The translations under genes were made by a program, and so were the position numbers. A model generated the notes under the pieces. The model was given only the letters and a program-made list of their open reading frames with translations. It searched no databases and was not told the DNA's origin. A stretch of DNA of 63,677 nt, filler included, from Octopus bimaculoides (taxonomy: Eukaryota), in assembly GCF_001194135.2 (NCBI RefSeq). It is 6 parts of 5 records of this genome, joined end to end, with 100 filler letters (N's around TTAATTAATTAA, not from the genome) between each part and the next. Parts side by side here need not be neighbours in the genome. Positions count along the whole stretch, not along the records: positions 32,649 to 45,524 come from NC_068986.1; positions 45,625 to 51,293 come from NC_068997.1; 4 more parts are not named here. The stretch is one strand, 5' to 3'. Positions 37,561 through 49,423 of the stretch are shown here, in pieces (position 1 is the first letter of the stretch; the number at the start of each line of letters is the position of its first letter).

Positions 37561-38417
37561 TTGTAGTAACTCTTTACCTGATAAATTCAAATTTCAGTCG
37601 AAAATCACTACGATCGTAAATAAAAGGTTCCCTCAGTTAATTCATCTGGAGATTAACCAGTTATTTAACAAGGCTGATAATTGTGGCTCCGAAGTTGGAC
37701 TTAGTATTCATCGTATTGTCGATAAATAGTCTCTCACGCCAAATAGGCGACTTGTCGCTTCGAGTATGTATTCGTGTATGTATGTAAGTATGTGGAGATA
37801 GAGAGAAAGAGAGAGTGAGAGAGAGAAAGAGAGAGTGAGAGAGAGAAAGAGAAAGAGAGTGCAGGGTGTAGTGCAAGTTATCGTTGTAAGAAATCCATTT
37901 TTGTCTTCAAGCTAAACTGATAAGAATGTTTGATCTCAGTACTGGAAAACCAGGCGTCGCTTGTGCAGTTCCTCGACTGCTTTATATTCTTAAGCAATAT
38001 TGAAATAATAGTAAACCTTAAAATATTATGCATATCGATGAGATAAATATTTAAAAACAAAAGCAATGAAAATAAAAAAGAAAAACATTACAAATAATAA
38101 AAAGAAAAAGAAAAACTATGAAAATCTGAGAAGAAAACATGTTTTCTTTTAGACGAAAATTCCAAATGTAAGAAATTGTTAACATTTCTGCGATGTTTCT
38201 GTGATATGAAAATATGTGAACAGTAAACTGATATTGAACGAAGAAACAATTCTGAATGGATGCCATCTGCACACAGATATTGGAAAATGTTCTAGATCGA
38301 TAGGGAACAGGTCGAATACATAAAAAGAAAAAAAGGCATACGTTAGAAGAATGATTGAGAGAAAAAAAGCCCCCTCCCACCCAAAAAATAACACACAGAG
38401 CAGAAAATAAAAGGACA

Positions 38418-38636
38418 ATGTGATTAGAAGAATCCTTACCAACCACATGGTTCCGGGTTCAGTTCCATTGCGTGACACCTTGGGCAAGTGACTTCTACTA
38501 TAGCCTTGGACCATGCAAGCCTTGTGGGCGGATTTGGTAGACGGAAACTGAAAGAAGCCCGTCGTATATATGTATATATATATATGTATGTATGTATATT
38601 TATATACACACACATACACACACACACACACACACA
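38418..38636 (+). mobile_element. SINE family B, 5' half running into microsatellite and gap
   Basis: cttaccaaccacatggttccgggttcagttccattgcgtgacaccttgggcaagtgactt...gaaagaagcccgtcgtatata. Confidence 0.88.
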
Positions 38637-38883
38637 NNNNNNNNNNNNNNNNNNNNNNNNNNNNNNNNNNNNNNNNNNNNNNNNNNNNNNNNNNNNNNNN
38701 NNNNNNNNNNNNNNNNNNNNNNNNNNNNNNNNNNNNNNNNNNNNNNNNNNNNNNNNNNNNNNNNNNNNNNNNNNNNNNNNNNNNNNNNNNNNNNNNNNNN
38801 NNNNNNNNNNNNNNNNNNNNNNNNNNNNNNNNNNNNCTGAAACATAAAGAAAATAAAGTGTCCCAACAACTGGTTAAGCCGCT

Positions 38884-39103
38884 AAATATTTATTTATTTT
38901 TGCCCACAGGGCCACAGGGGGCTAAACATAGAGGGGACAAACAAGGACAGACAAAGGGATTACATCGATTGCCACGAACCAGTACTTATTTAATTGAAAA
39001 GTAAATTCGACCTCAGCGGAATTTGAAGTCAGAACATAACGGTAGACGAAATACCGCTAAGCATTTCGCCCGGCATGCTAACGATTCTGCCAGCTCGCCG
39101 CCC
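38884..39103 (-). mobile_element. SINE A variant with alternative 3' tail (A')
   Basis: Family A head and core joined to tail ...tttgtctgtccttgtttgtcccctctatgtttagccc...gtgggcaa, the same tail as at 61791-62020. Confidence 0.85.
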
Positions 39104-39164
39104 TTAAACCACTGAATATTGACGAAAGGGACAACTGGAATTGTGACCCTCACTTGTGAGCCAA

Positions 39165-39427
39165 CTGCGTGTTGTGTTCTTGAGCAAGACACTTTATTTC
39201 ACGTTGCTCCAGTTAACTCAGCTTTAGAAATGAGTTGCGACATCACTGGTGCCAAGTTGCATCGGCCCCTTTGCCTTTCCCTTGGATGACATCGGTGGTG
39301 TGGAGAGGGGAGGCTGGTATGCATGGGCGACTGCTGGCCTTCCACAAACAACCTTGCCCAGACTTGTACCTTGGAGGGTAACTTTCTAGTTGTAATCCCA
39401 TGGTTATTCATGACCGAAGGGGGTCTC
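39165..39427 (+). mobile_element. SINE with D-type core and a third tail type
   Basis: gttgtgttcttgagcaagacactttatttcacgttgctccagttaactcagct is followed by an unrelated GC-rich tail ending gaccgaagggggtct. Confidence 0.65.
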
Positions 39428-39805
39428 CCTATATACACACACGACGGGCTTCATTCAGTCACCCTCTAGATGAGTGGAGGAAGTAATACTAACATCTTCG
39501 ATTTTTATCACTATAATTGTATTGTTTCATTGCAAAAACACTTCGCTCTCAAGGGTCCTGTTCACTTACTGCAAGCATGTATGGATTCCCAAGAAAGGGT
39601 AAAGAATTTCATGGTCTTCATCTGTTTAGCATCATGAAATGTACTATAAATTATTTTACACCTCATATACTATGTTGTGAACCTCTTACAATCAGGTGAA
39701 ATAACAAGAAACTGTTCTAACATGTTCTGTTCCAAAAAAGGCTGGACCAATAGTTCCCTCCTTCAGACGAGAGCCATCTTTATTTCCTTATTAAACCAGA
39801 GATTA

Positions 39806-40010
39806 AGGCGGTGAGCTGGCAGAATCGTTAGCATACCGAGCAGAACGCTTAGCAGTATTTCGTCCGGCTTTACGTTCTGAAAAGGTCGACTTTGCCTTCA
39901 ATCCTTTCAGCATCGATAACATACGTACCTGTGAAGTACTAGTGGTCGATGTGATCGGCTAGCCTTCTCCCACCAAATTCCAGGCCTTGAGCCTATTGTA
40001 AGGATTATTA
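39806..40010 (+). mobile_element. SINE family A
   Basis: ggcggtgagctggcagaatcgttagc...ggtcgactttgccttc...ccttgagcctattgtaaggattatta. Confidence 0.85.
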
Positions 40011-40019
40011 TACTAGATA

Positions 40020-40180
40020 TTCTAGCCAAATAATCTGCTAGAAATAGCAATCAAATCTCCCCCAAATGACATCATTTTGTGTTACAAGAGAGGCCATTGG
40101 TAATGTATTCCTTTATACGTATACAAAATGTCCGAAATATAGAGGAGATGGTTCTGACTGGGATATATGTATCATCGTAG
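40020..40180 (-). repeat. Dispersed repeat family E, inverted
   Basis: ctgctagaaatagcaatcaaatctccc is the reverse complement of the family E 3' motif. Confidence 0.5.
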
Positions 40181-40517
40181 AACTTCTGTATCGTGTAAGA
40201 CTTGGATATAAACAATAAAAACAGTCTCCAGCTCTTGGATATAAGATACTGCTATAGGATTTATTTAATTGAAGTGAATCATCGGCAGATTAGCATGATG
40301 GACTTTATATCTGTTCTTTCCAAGTTATACTTAGAGTAGGAATCGAACTCAACTCTACAAACTATTGAAATACTAGAAAACGTTATGTTGGTGTCGTTAC
40401 ACCTAACTGGATATTAGTTTTTACAAGAGTTAAGTGCTGCGTTTTGGCCCCAGGAAAAACATGAATAGCATAATATATTCTTATCTAATCTAAATTCAGT
40501 AATATGAGTTACAAGTA

Positions 40518-40735
40518 GGGCGGTCAGCTGGCAGAAACGTTAGTATGCTGGGCAAAATGCGTAGCCATATTTCGTCCGTCTTTATGTTCTGAGTTTAAAT
40601 TCCACCGTGGTTGACTTTACCTTTTCTCCATTTGGGGGTCGATAAAATAAGCAATAGTTGAGCACCGGGGGTCAACGTAATTGACTTACCCATTCCCAAA
40701 GAAATGCTGGCCTTGTGCCAACATTTGAAGCGAAT
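40518..40735 (+). mobile_element. SINE family A
   Basis: ggcggtcagctggcagaaacgttag...ttctgagtttaaattcc...gggtcgataaaataag...gctggccttgtgccaacatttgaa. Confidence 0.88.
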
Positions 40736-42061
40736 TTTAGTTACAAGTTGATGATTCTTTAATGGGTGGTCACAGGAGGAAGGGCAGCACTTACAAAAAC
40801 TTTTCAAAATATCCGAGACTAGCAGAAGAAACGAAGGAAGTTTTCATGGAACTGTAGATTTCACCTGAATTCCTAAAGTAGAATGGCCTCTGCAGAAGTC
40901 AGCTATTCTTCTAATTACAAAAGTTATTACAAAAATAAAACAATATCGCACGAAACGAAATCAGAATTAGGAATTTGGGGTTTGATATGAAAACAGTGCA
41001 ACGTACAGCAGTCATTTAGATAATAGTGTCTCAACACAAAACTTTTACGATAAGCAAACATTGAAAAATAAACTCGTCAGTTCAGAAAAGTAATAAGAGA
41101 TCTAATATTTTTTATCGAATCGAGACGGTCCTCTAACCCAAAGATTTTGGCGGGATCTTTCGTAGACAAATTTATAGCTTAGTTAATCTTCAGAAGCTCT
41201 TTTCGATTCTCTGATATCTGTCTCAATTTCCGGAACTTTCTGTTTCTTTTGAATATTTATCGACATTAGTTATCTCAAAAACCATTAACCATTAAAACTA
41301 TTGAATATATTTTTTTCTTTACTTATTCCATTTCGCCAGACTATGTGCTTACAACTTGTATATTTTCGATTATAGAACTCAATCGAAGTTTTGTCAATTT
41401 TCCCTTCTGGTGGAATATTTGTAAAATGAAGACATAAACCTCTAACGATGTATAAGTTTAGTGATTACATTTATCGTCTGCTATCATTTGTGATTTTTCG
41501 AAAACAAATTGGATTTTCTTAATTGTTTCTTCTGATTAAATATAACAACAAATTTTTTTGTGTAATACAGAGAAAGAATCGTTTAAATAGATTCCGCTAC
41601 ATTAATAGAACTTATGATGATGTTGGTGGTGCTATATAACCTCAGATGAACTCATATTGAGCGGACGTATTACCAAAAGCATTCCATTCCAGTCTTGATC
41701 GACTCATCATAATTTTAAATGTTCGACACCCGTGAGATAATTGTTATCTTTCTTTTGCCACAAAAGCATTTCTAAAAAGGAATTTAATACTAAATACATG
41801 ACATATGCAAACACTCACATAACTGTTGTTCTTCATGTGGATGGCGTCCCTATGTAATTAAACCCATTTATTTATTTATTTTCAATATACCGATTTTCCA
41901 CTCCTGTTCATGGGCGATTTTTGGAGTTTCTCATATTACTATTTTGGTTACAATGGTGGAGTTAGTAATAATAGTCACTGTACTAATGTCGTTATCAATG
42001 ATGTGTTGTGCTCAACATTAAATAATTCTAATACGAATTTCAATATTCTTTATAAATAAAC

Positions 42062-42358
42062 TGGCACCACGTCGGTAGCGACGTTGTGTCAATTATATTT
42101 TATCCAGTCAACGAAACAGCCAACTCTTGAAATTAATGTGGAAGTGGCCGAGTACTCCACAGCTCTAAGGGAGATTCAGCGTTACACAGAATGTGATAAG
42201 GCCGACCCTTTTGAATTGCTGGTACAACGCATTTTTGCCAGCTGAGTGAACTGGAGCAATGTGAAATAGAGTCTCCACCAGGAAATAAAGCCACCAGGAA
42301 TCGATCTCGTGACTTTACGATCGTGGGTCGAATAACCTAACCACTAAGCCACGCGCAT
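42062..42358 (-). mobile_element. Hybrid SINE (D-type head and core plus C-type tail), degenerate
   Basis: Same architecture as 44440-44741. Confidence 0.75.
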
Positions 42359-43719
42359 CATAAAAAGACATTCGAGAAACGCTATCTTGCAGTGTTAAAC
42401 AACGTCATCTCGGAGTGAATTTAAAATTAGTTTTCTGTAGTTGAAATCTTCAATAATAAAAGAAATTAGAAAAACCACATTTTGACAAAAAGTATATCAA
42501 AATTAATAATTTCTTTTTGTAAACGTTACATACATACTCCTAACTAATTGATAAGCAGTTATCTTTATTATAGTATACAAGCCGATAATATAATAAATTG
42601 CAGAGAACATTGAATAAATTATGTAAATGCTTAGTAAACGACAGCGCATACAACAGGCTGTATCTGTTTCTTTACCATGTGGTTCAATGACTAACAGATA
42701 TTTATTTATTAATCATAGCTTTGTACAGTTTCCGAGGGATTGTAACTAAGTTGCTTTTATCATGTCAAAGCTTTCTTGTCGCTAATTGCTTTCAAAATAT
42801 TAATTTATTTGATCAAGTAAAATTATTTTTGAAACATGTTTCATAGAACATTTCATGAGGCAATTCAACGAAAAATAACACATAAAAGCCAAAACAACAA
42901 AGCTGGAAAAAAAAAAAAGCAGAAAACAACAGCAGCAATCCAATAACAATAGAAAAGGATGAAAAAAGAACTAATTAGCTTTAATTAATAAAGTTGGAGA
43001 TACATTTTAATTAGCTAAACAAAGAAGCCATCTAAATACACCGTAAATGTAAAATATAAGAAAGAATAAACTAAATTAAATTATGTTTGTAGCGATTTGG
43101 CCGCAGGCTTTCAATTATAACCGTAAGTTAAAAAGAAGATATTGTGTTTAAGAAAAATACGCTATTGAGATGGAATACATTGTTGCTTTTAATATATTAA
43201 TATGATACATCCATTTGCCGGTCTCAAAGTGGTGTTCTGACAAAAAGAAAAAAGAATAAGAAATAAAAAGTTTTAAAATTTCGCTTTAATGCATACACAT
43301 ATGGATATATACGTTTATTTTCTAAGGTTTGTTAATGCATGTCACTAGTAATTTCTTCAATATTTATCTAGCGAAAATTAAACAGATATTATACAAAGGA
43401 CATGAGATAATTAGATGGAAAAATCCATTCTTCGGAAGTTAAAAATATTGTGGATTCCTTAAAATACACATTTTAAAGTTATTTCTACAGATTTTCTACA
43501 TAAATTAGAGTCCGCATTGAAAGTTACGACGTTTAGTATTCGAATACGTCTATGTAAACAAAGCAATGGCAGATAGAAAAAATAGGCAATGGGTGTATAT
43601 GCATATTTCAGTTCTTGCTGATTCTTCAGAGCCACATCAAACGCATTAACCATCCACGGACACATTGCTTAAATAGCCACTAAATTTAGTGGTGTAACAC
43701 AATTGGATATGGGCTTGAA

Positions 43720-43960
43720 TGCAGTGTGCTAGTCGGATAAAATGCTTAGCGGCATTTATTCCGGTTCTTTAATATGTCATTAGATTATTGATTCAGCTTA
43801 TATGTTCACAGCATTGCAGAGATCTCAGTTCAAATGTTACCGAGGTCAACTTTGCCTTTCATCCTTTTTCGGATTGATAAAATAAAGATCCATTCAAATC
43901 TTGGTGTCGACGTAATCAACTTGTCTCCTCCTCATGAAGACTGCTGGCCTTGAGCCTTAA
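43720..43960 (+). mobile_element. SINE family A with internal insertion
   Basis: aaatgcttagcggcattt...gttcaaatgttaccgaggtcaactttgcctttcatcc...gctggccttgagcc. Confidence 0.75.
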
Positions 43961-44439
43961 AATGGACGAGTTCACCCATCCATAGGAGATTGTTGTGATA
44001 TCGATCACATATACGCCATGGAAACCGGATAATCGGCCTTATGAGCTCTTGGGTTCAAGAACAATTAATTTGGGCTTTGGGTGTCTTTGATTCTAACGTG
44101 ATTTTCTGATAATAGGAAGATTCCAGTAAAAACATCTGTAAGTACCACTTCCATAGAGTGTTACAGAGAATTAAAGCTGCCTACCACGTTTACCAGTTAG
44201 ATGATACAGTTTGGACTACTGATTAAATGCTACATTCTCGTATCATTCGCATATACAATTGTTTAGTGTAATGAGAAAAAAAGTCAATGGGTCTTCACCT
44301 ATTTCGAAGATGAGTCTTCAACTGTTCAATCAACTAATTAATTTACTCATTAAATGACCGTCTGAAAAACTGATGCGTGTCACGTCAACGTAATTTCCAG
44401 GCGACGTCAGTATCATTGTGTAACAAATAAAAAACAAAA

Positions 44440-44741
44440 GCACTCCGTCGGTTTCGACGACGAGGGTCCCACTCATACGATCAACGGAACAGCTTGCTCG
44501 TGAAATTAACGTGCAAGTGGCTGAGCACTTCACATACTTCACAGGGAGATTCGGAGTGACACAGAGTATGAAAAGGCTGGCCCTTTGAAATACAGGTGCT
44601 ACTCATTTTTGCCAGCTAAGCGGACTGGAGCAACGTGAAATAAAGTGTCTTGCTCAAGGACGCAACGCGTCGCCGGGAACTGAACTCATGACCTTACGAT
44701 CGTGAGCCGAAAGCCCCAACCACTAAGCCATGGGCCTTCAC
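44440..44741 (-). mobile_element. Hybrid SINE (D-type head and core plus C-type tail)
   Basis: On the minus strand: A box tggcttagtgg, B box gagttcagttcc, ccttgagcaagacactttatttcacgttgctccagtcc, then the family C 3' part aaagggccagcc...ccacttgcacgttaatttcacgagc...gacggagtgc. Confidence 0.85.
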
Positions 44742-45295
44742 ATGTAACAGATATTATAAGAATTAAATATGTTTAGTATGCAAATCTGTGGCAACAGCTT
44801 TCTGAAGCTACTGGGTTTGCCGTGTGTGCATAAGCGGATTGGCTACTTGCTTCGCTTGGATTGTTCAAGCGATGTAGACACCTCTGACTTTGAACACGAG
44901 GACTGTCGACAATCGATGAAGGTCATATCTTTCCAGTCTATGGAGAAATAAAATAAATTTGAGACACACACACACACAGACACACACACACACACACATA
45001 TATCCTTTATATACATTATTTACTGATGTATTCAACGCAAAGGTGAGCCTATTTCTCATATATTCATTGCATTGCTCGTGTGTATCTTTATTGTGAGTTT
45101 ATGGGAGTTCTTGAGCTTTGGCTCTGATTTTTGCAAGTGGTATTATATACCCTACTGAATCTAAATTTACCTTATATTGTGCCTGCAACGGTGTGAACTA
45201 GCAAATCACCTCATTATTACCACATTAATATCATTAATAACAGGAATAATACATCTTTATTTAAATATATATCTATATCTATATCTATATATCAT

Positions 45296-45524
45296 CATCA
45301 TCATCATCATCGTTTAACGTCCGCTTTCCATGCTAGCATGGGTTGGACGATTTGACTGAGGACTGGTGAAACCGGATGGCAACACCAGGCTCCAGTCTGA
45401 TTTGGCAGAGTTTCTACAGCTGGATGCCCTTCCTAACGCCAACCACTCAGAGAGTGTAGTGGGTGCTTTTACGTGTCACCCGCACGAAAACGGCCACGCT
45501 CGAAATGGTGTCTTTTATGTGCCA
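45296..45524 (-). mobile_element. RTE-type LINE 3' UTR (or RTE-tailed SINE) ending in (ATG)n
   Basis: On the minus strand: ...ggttggcgttaggaagggcatccagctg...gtccaacccatgctagcatggaaagcggacgttaaacgatgatgatg. A tiny copy of the same terminus lies at about 19732-19758. Clade assignment is from recall. Confidence 0.6.
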
Positions 45525-45568
45525 NNNNNNNNNNNNNNNNNNNNNNNNNNNNNNNNNNNNNNNNNNNN

Positions 45569-45580
45569 TTAATTAATTAA
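45569..45580. other. Artificial scaffold linker TTAATTAATTAA
   Basis: 44 N on each side. Confidence 0.95.
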
Positions 45581-45665
45581 NNNNNNNNNNNNNNNNNNNN
45601 NNNNNNNNNNNNNNNNNNNNNNNNACACACATTCTCATTTTTATATATATAGATAACTAATAAGA

Positions 45666-46052
45666 TTGTTGGCACTCCGTCGCTTACGACGTCGAGGGTT
45701 CCAGTTGATCCGATCAACGGAACAGCCTGCTCGTGAAATTAACGTGCAAGTGGCTGAGCACTCCACAGACACGTGTACCCTTAACGTAGTTCTCGGGGGA
45801 TATTCAGCGTGACACAGTGTGACAAGGATGACCCTTTGAATTACAGGCACAACAGAAACAGGAAGTAAGAGTGAGAGAAAGTTGTGGTGGAAGAGTACAG
45901 CAGGGTTAACCACCATCCCCTGCCGGTGTCACGAGGAGCTTTAGGTATTTTCGCTCAATAAACACTCACAACAATAAACACTCTGGGAATCGAAACCGCG
46001 ATCCTATGACCGCGTGTCCGCTGCCCTAACCACTGGGCCATTGCGCCTCCAC
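45666..46052 (-). mobile_element. SINE family C, full length
   Basis: Near-identical to 16015-16376, with a short internal duplication aataaacactc. Confidence 0.93.
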
Positions 46053-46273
46053 TGATACACGTATACATGCATATATACAGATACATATACATATACATAT
46101 ACATATATGCGCATATTCATATAGACATAAATGCAATTGTGTGTATATACATGTATATATAGATATTGCACATTAATATGTGTGTGTACATATATATTTT
46201 TCATATATATATATATATATGCATACGCATGGAGTGTATTATGTATACACTCGCGCGCGCGCACGCACACACG

Positions 46274-46304
<31 letters not shown>

Positions 46305-47056
46305 GTCTATATCTCGTGACACGTAACATAGTGCAGACGTGTTCATTCAGTGAACCGTGTCTCTTGTGACTCCGGAATCAGTTCGCAGCTGAGCTGCTTC
46401 ACTCCGTTCCACTCCACTGCATTTATATCCCATTTCTTACGTTGCACGTGTTCCTTGGGAAATGCCATCAGCGTTACAACATCCTCTTATTTTTTTTTAC
46501 CCTCCTCAAAATAAAAAAAAACATATTTAGAAATATAAGTTTAGCATTATGAACTCTATCTTCCCAATCCATATTTNNNNNNNNNNNNNNNNNNNNNNNN
46601 NNNNNNNNNNNNNNNNNNNNNNNNNNNNNNNNNNNNNNNNNNNNNNNNNNNNNNNNNNNNNNNNNNNNNNNNNNNNNNNNNNNNNNNNNNNNNNNNNNNN
46701 NNNNNNNNNNNNNNNNNNNNNNNNNNNNNNNNNNNNNNNNNNNNNNNNNNNNNNNNNNNNNNNNNNNNNNNNNNNNNNNNNNNNNNNNNNNNNNNNNNNN
46801 NNNNNNNNNNNNNNNNNNNNNNNNNNNNNNNNNNNNNNNNNNNNNNNNNNNNNNNNNNNNNNNNNNNNNNNNNNNNNNNNNNNNNNNNNNNNNNNNNNNN
46901 NNNNNNNNNNNNNNNNNNNNNNNNNNNNNNNNNNNNNNNNNNNNNNNNNNNNNNNNNNNNNNNNNNNNNNNNNNNNNNNNNNNNNNNNNNNNNNNNNNNN
47001 NNNNNNNNNNNNNNNNNNNNNNNNNNNNNNNNNNNNNNNNNNNNNNNNNNNNNNNN

Positions 47057-47195
47057 AGCGGTTCGGCAAAAAGAGACCGATAGAATAAGTACTAGTCTTC
47101 CAAAGAATAAGTCCTGAGGTCGATTTGCTCGACTAAAGGCGGTGCTCCAGCATGGCCGCAGTCAAATGACTGAAACAAGTAAAAGAGTAAAAGAG
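47057..47195 (+). mobile_element. SINE family B, 3' part (5' part in gap)
   Basis: agcggttcggcaaaaagagaccgatagaataagtact...gactgaaacaagtaaaagagtaaaagag. Confidence 0.9.
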
Positions 47196-48922
47196 TATAT
47201 ACGTGTGTTTATATAAACCTATATAAGTGTTTATGCTTGCATGTACGTATATGTATGTATATGTGCGCATGCGTGTGCGTGCCTCTGAGTGTGTGTATGT
47301 GTTTCTGTGTGTGTGTGTGTGTGTGTGTTTCTGTGTGCATGTGTGTCTGTGTCTGTGTGTCTGTGCGTGCGATTCTGCGGTTTTGTACTTATATCACGCC
47401 AGTAATCATCAGACGGACTGACAGAAATACTCGGACCCATAGAAAACATCTTGATCAGCGCCACAAGTTACAAGTTGATGGCTTCAAATATTCTTTCGTG
47501 GAATGTTACGGTGTAGTGTGTAAGAGATATTTATATATAACATACACAACTAGCGTCTGCAGGTGTTGCTGGTCTCATTTTCATCACGGGAATGCAGGCG
47601 GGATGATATCTTCTTCAGGGATTTTTCTTTTTCTTTTCCTTTTTTTCTTTTTTCTTTTTTTTTTTTTTTTCCTTTTTCTGGTTCTGATTTCTCATATTTT
47701 TACGATTGAAATTGACTTCTGCGTGATGTATGTATACACATACATAATCTCTTGTATAAGTGAATACATACAGGCATACATACATACATACATACATACA
47801 TACATACATACATACATACATACATACATGCATGCATACATACATGTATGTATACATGCTCGTATATTTATATTTATAAATACATATATATGTTTGTATT
47901 GTGTATATTTATAGGGCGGGGTGCTTGAAAAATTTCACAATAATGTGAACATANNNNNNNNNNNNNNNNNNNNNNNNNNNNNNNNNNNNNNNNNNNNNNN
48001 NNNNNNNNNNNNNNNNNNNNNNNNNNNNNNNNNNNNNNNNNNNNNNNNNNNNNNNNNNNNNNNNNNNNNNNNNNNNNNNNNNNNNNNNNNNNNNNNNNNN
48101 NNNNNNNNNNNNNNNNNNNNNNNNNNNNNNNNNNNNNNNNNNNNNNNNNNNNNNNNNNNNNNNNNNNNNNNNNNNNNNNNNNNNNNNNNNNNNNNNNNNN
48201 NNNNNNNNNNNNNNNNNNNNNNNNNNNNNNNNNNNNNNNNNNNNNNNNNNNNNNNNNNNNNNNNNNNNNNNNNNNNNNNNNNNNNNNNNNNNNNNNNNNN
48301 NNNNNNNNNNNNNNNNNNNNNNNNNNNNNNNNNNNNNNNNNNNNNNNNNNNNNNNNNNNNNNNNNNNNNNNNNNNNNNNNNNNNNNNNNNNNNNNNNNNN
48401 NNNNNNNNNNNNNNNNNNNNNNNNNNNNNNNNNNNNNNNNNNNNNNNNNATATATATATATATATATACATATATATATTCAATAAGATATTATGATAGA
48501 AAAATATATTGAGATATATTACATAGATTATAATATAGGTGGCCCGTTAGCAAATAAAACCAGAGGTGAAATTAATAAATGAGGGTGAAAATAGCACCAA
48601 CAATTACTAGAAATGAGAGTCAAATTTTTACTGGAATTGCAACATAAAGCACTAATCTCAGTGTTTGACTATTGTAGAGAGTCATTATTCGGATAGAACT
48701 GAAATGTGTTGTGGCATGTGGAATAAAAGAAAAATACTGTTTGCTATGGGGTGGGGTGAGGTATGATGGAACAGAGTGTAATTCTTTGTGTTCTATGTAA
48801 GATCGCCAGAAGAGATGAACATTATGTTTTGTAGAAGAGATGAACATTATATTCCGTCGAGGCCATGAATATTCTTGAATATTGCTTCGTGAATTGTAGG
48901 CGTTGTGAACATCGTTACGGCG

Positions 48923-48934
48923 ATCATCATCATT

Positions 48935-48989
<55 letters not shown>

Positions 48990-49392
48990 CGAGCCTCAGC
49001 GGCAAAGCCTCGTAGTCGTCGTCGTCATCATCATGATCATCATCATCATCATCATCATCATCATTCTCGTCATCATCGTCGTCATCGTTATCACTTTCAT
49101 CATAACCACCATTGTCATCATCGTCGTCACCAACGTCATCGTCATTATCATCGTCATCATCGTCATCGTCATCATCGTCGTCATCGTCGTCGTCGTCGTC
49201 GTCGTCATCCCCGTCATCATCATCACTATCAACGTTATCATTGTCATCACCATCATCACGGTGATGGACATCGTCGATTCTGTCATCAATGTGATTGTCG
49301 TTGCTTTCGTCACTTCATTACTACGGACACAATCGCAGCCATTGTTCATCATTGCTTTAATTATTTTTATTTTCATCATCACCACCACCACT

Positions 49393-49423
<31 letters not shown>

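Noticed and set aside
36869-39621. Possible minus-strand two-exon chain (39621-39570 spliced to 36957-36869; MKTMKFFTLSWESIHACKKNEDTKRILETMIQNKVNLCMKEVATNH*)
   Set aside because: It joins in frame, but the first acceptor is weak, no protein family is recognisable, and such pairs are easy to assemble by chance. It needs RNA-seq to revisit.
43677-43692. Perfect 16-bp palindrome ccactaaatttagtgg
   Set aside because: About one is expected by chance in a window this size and composition.
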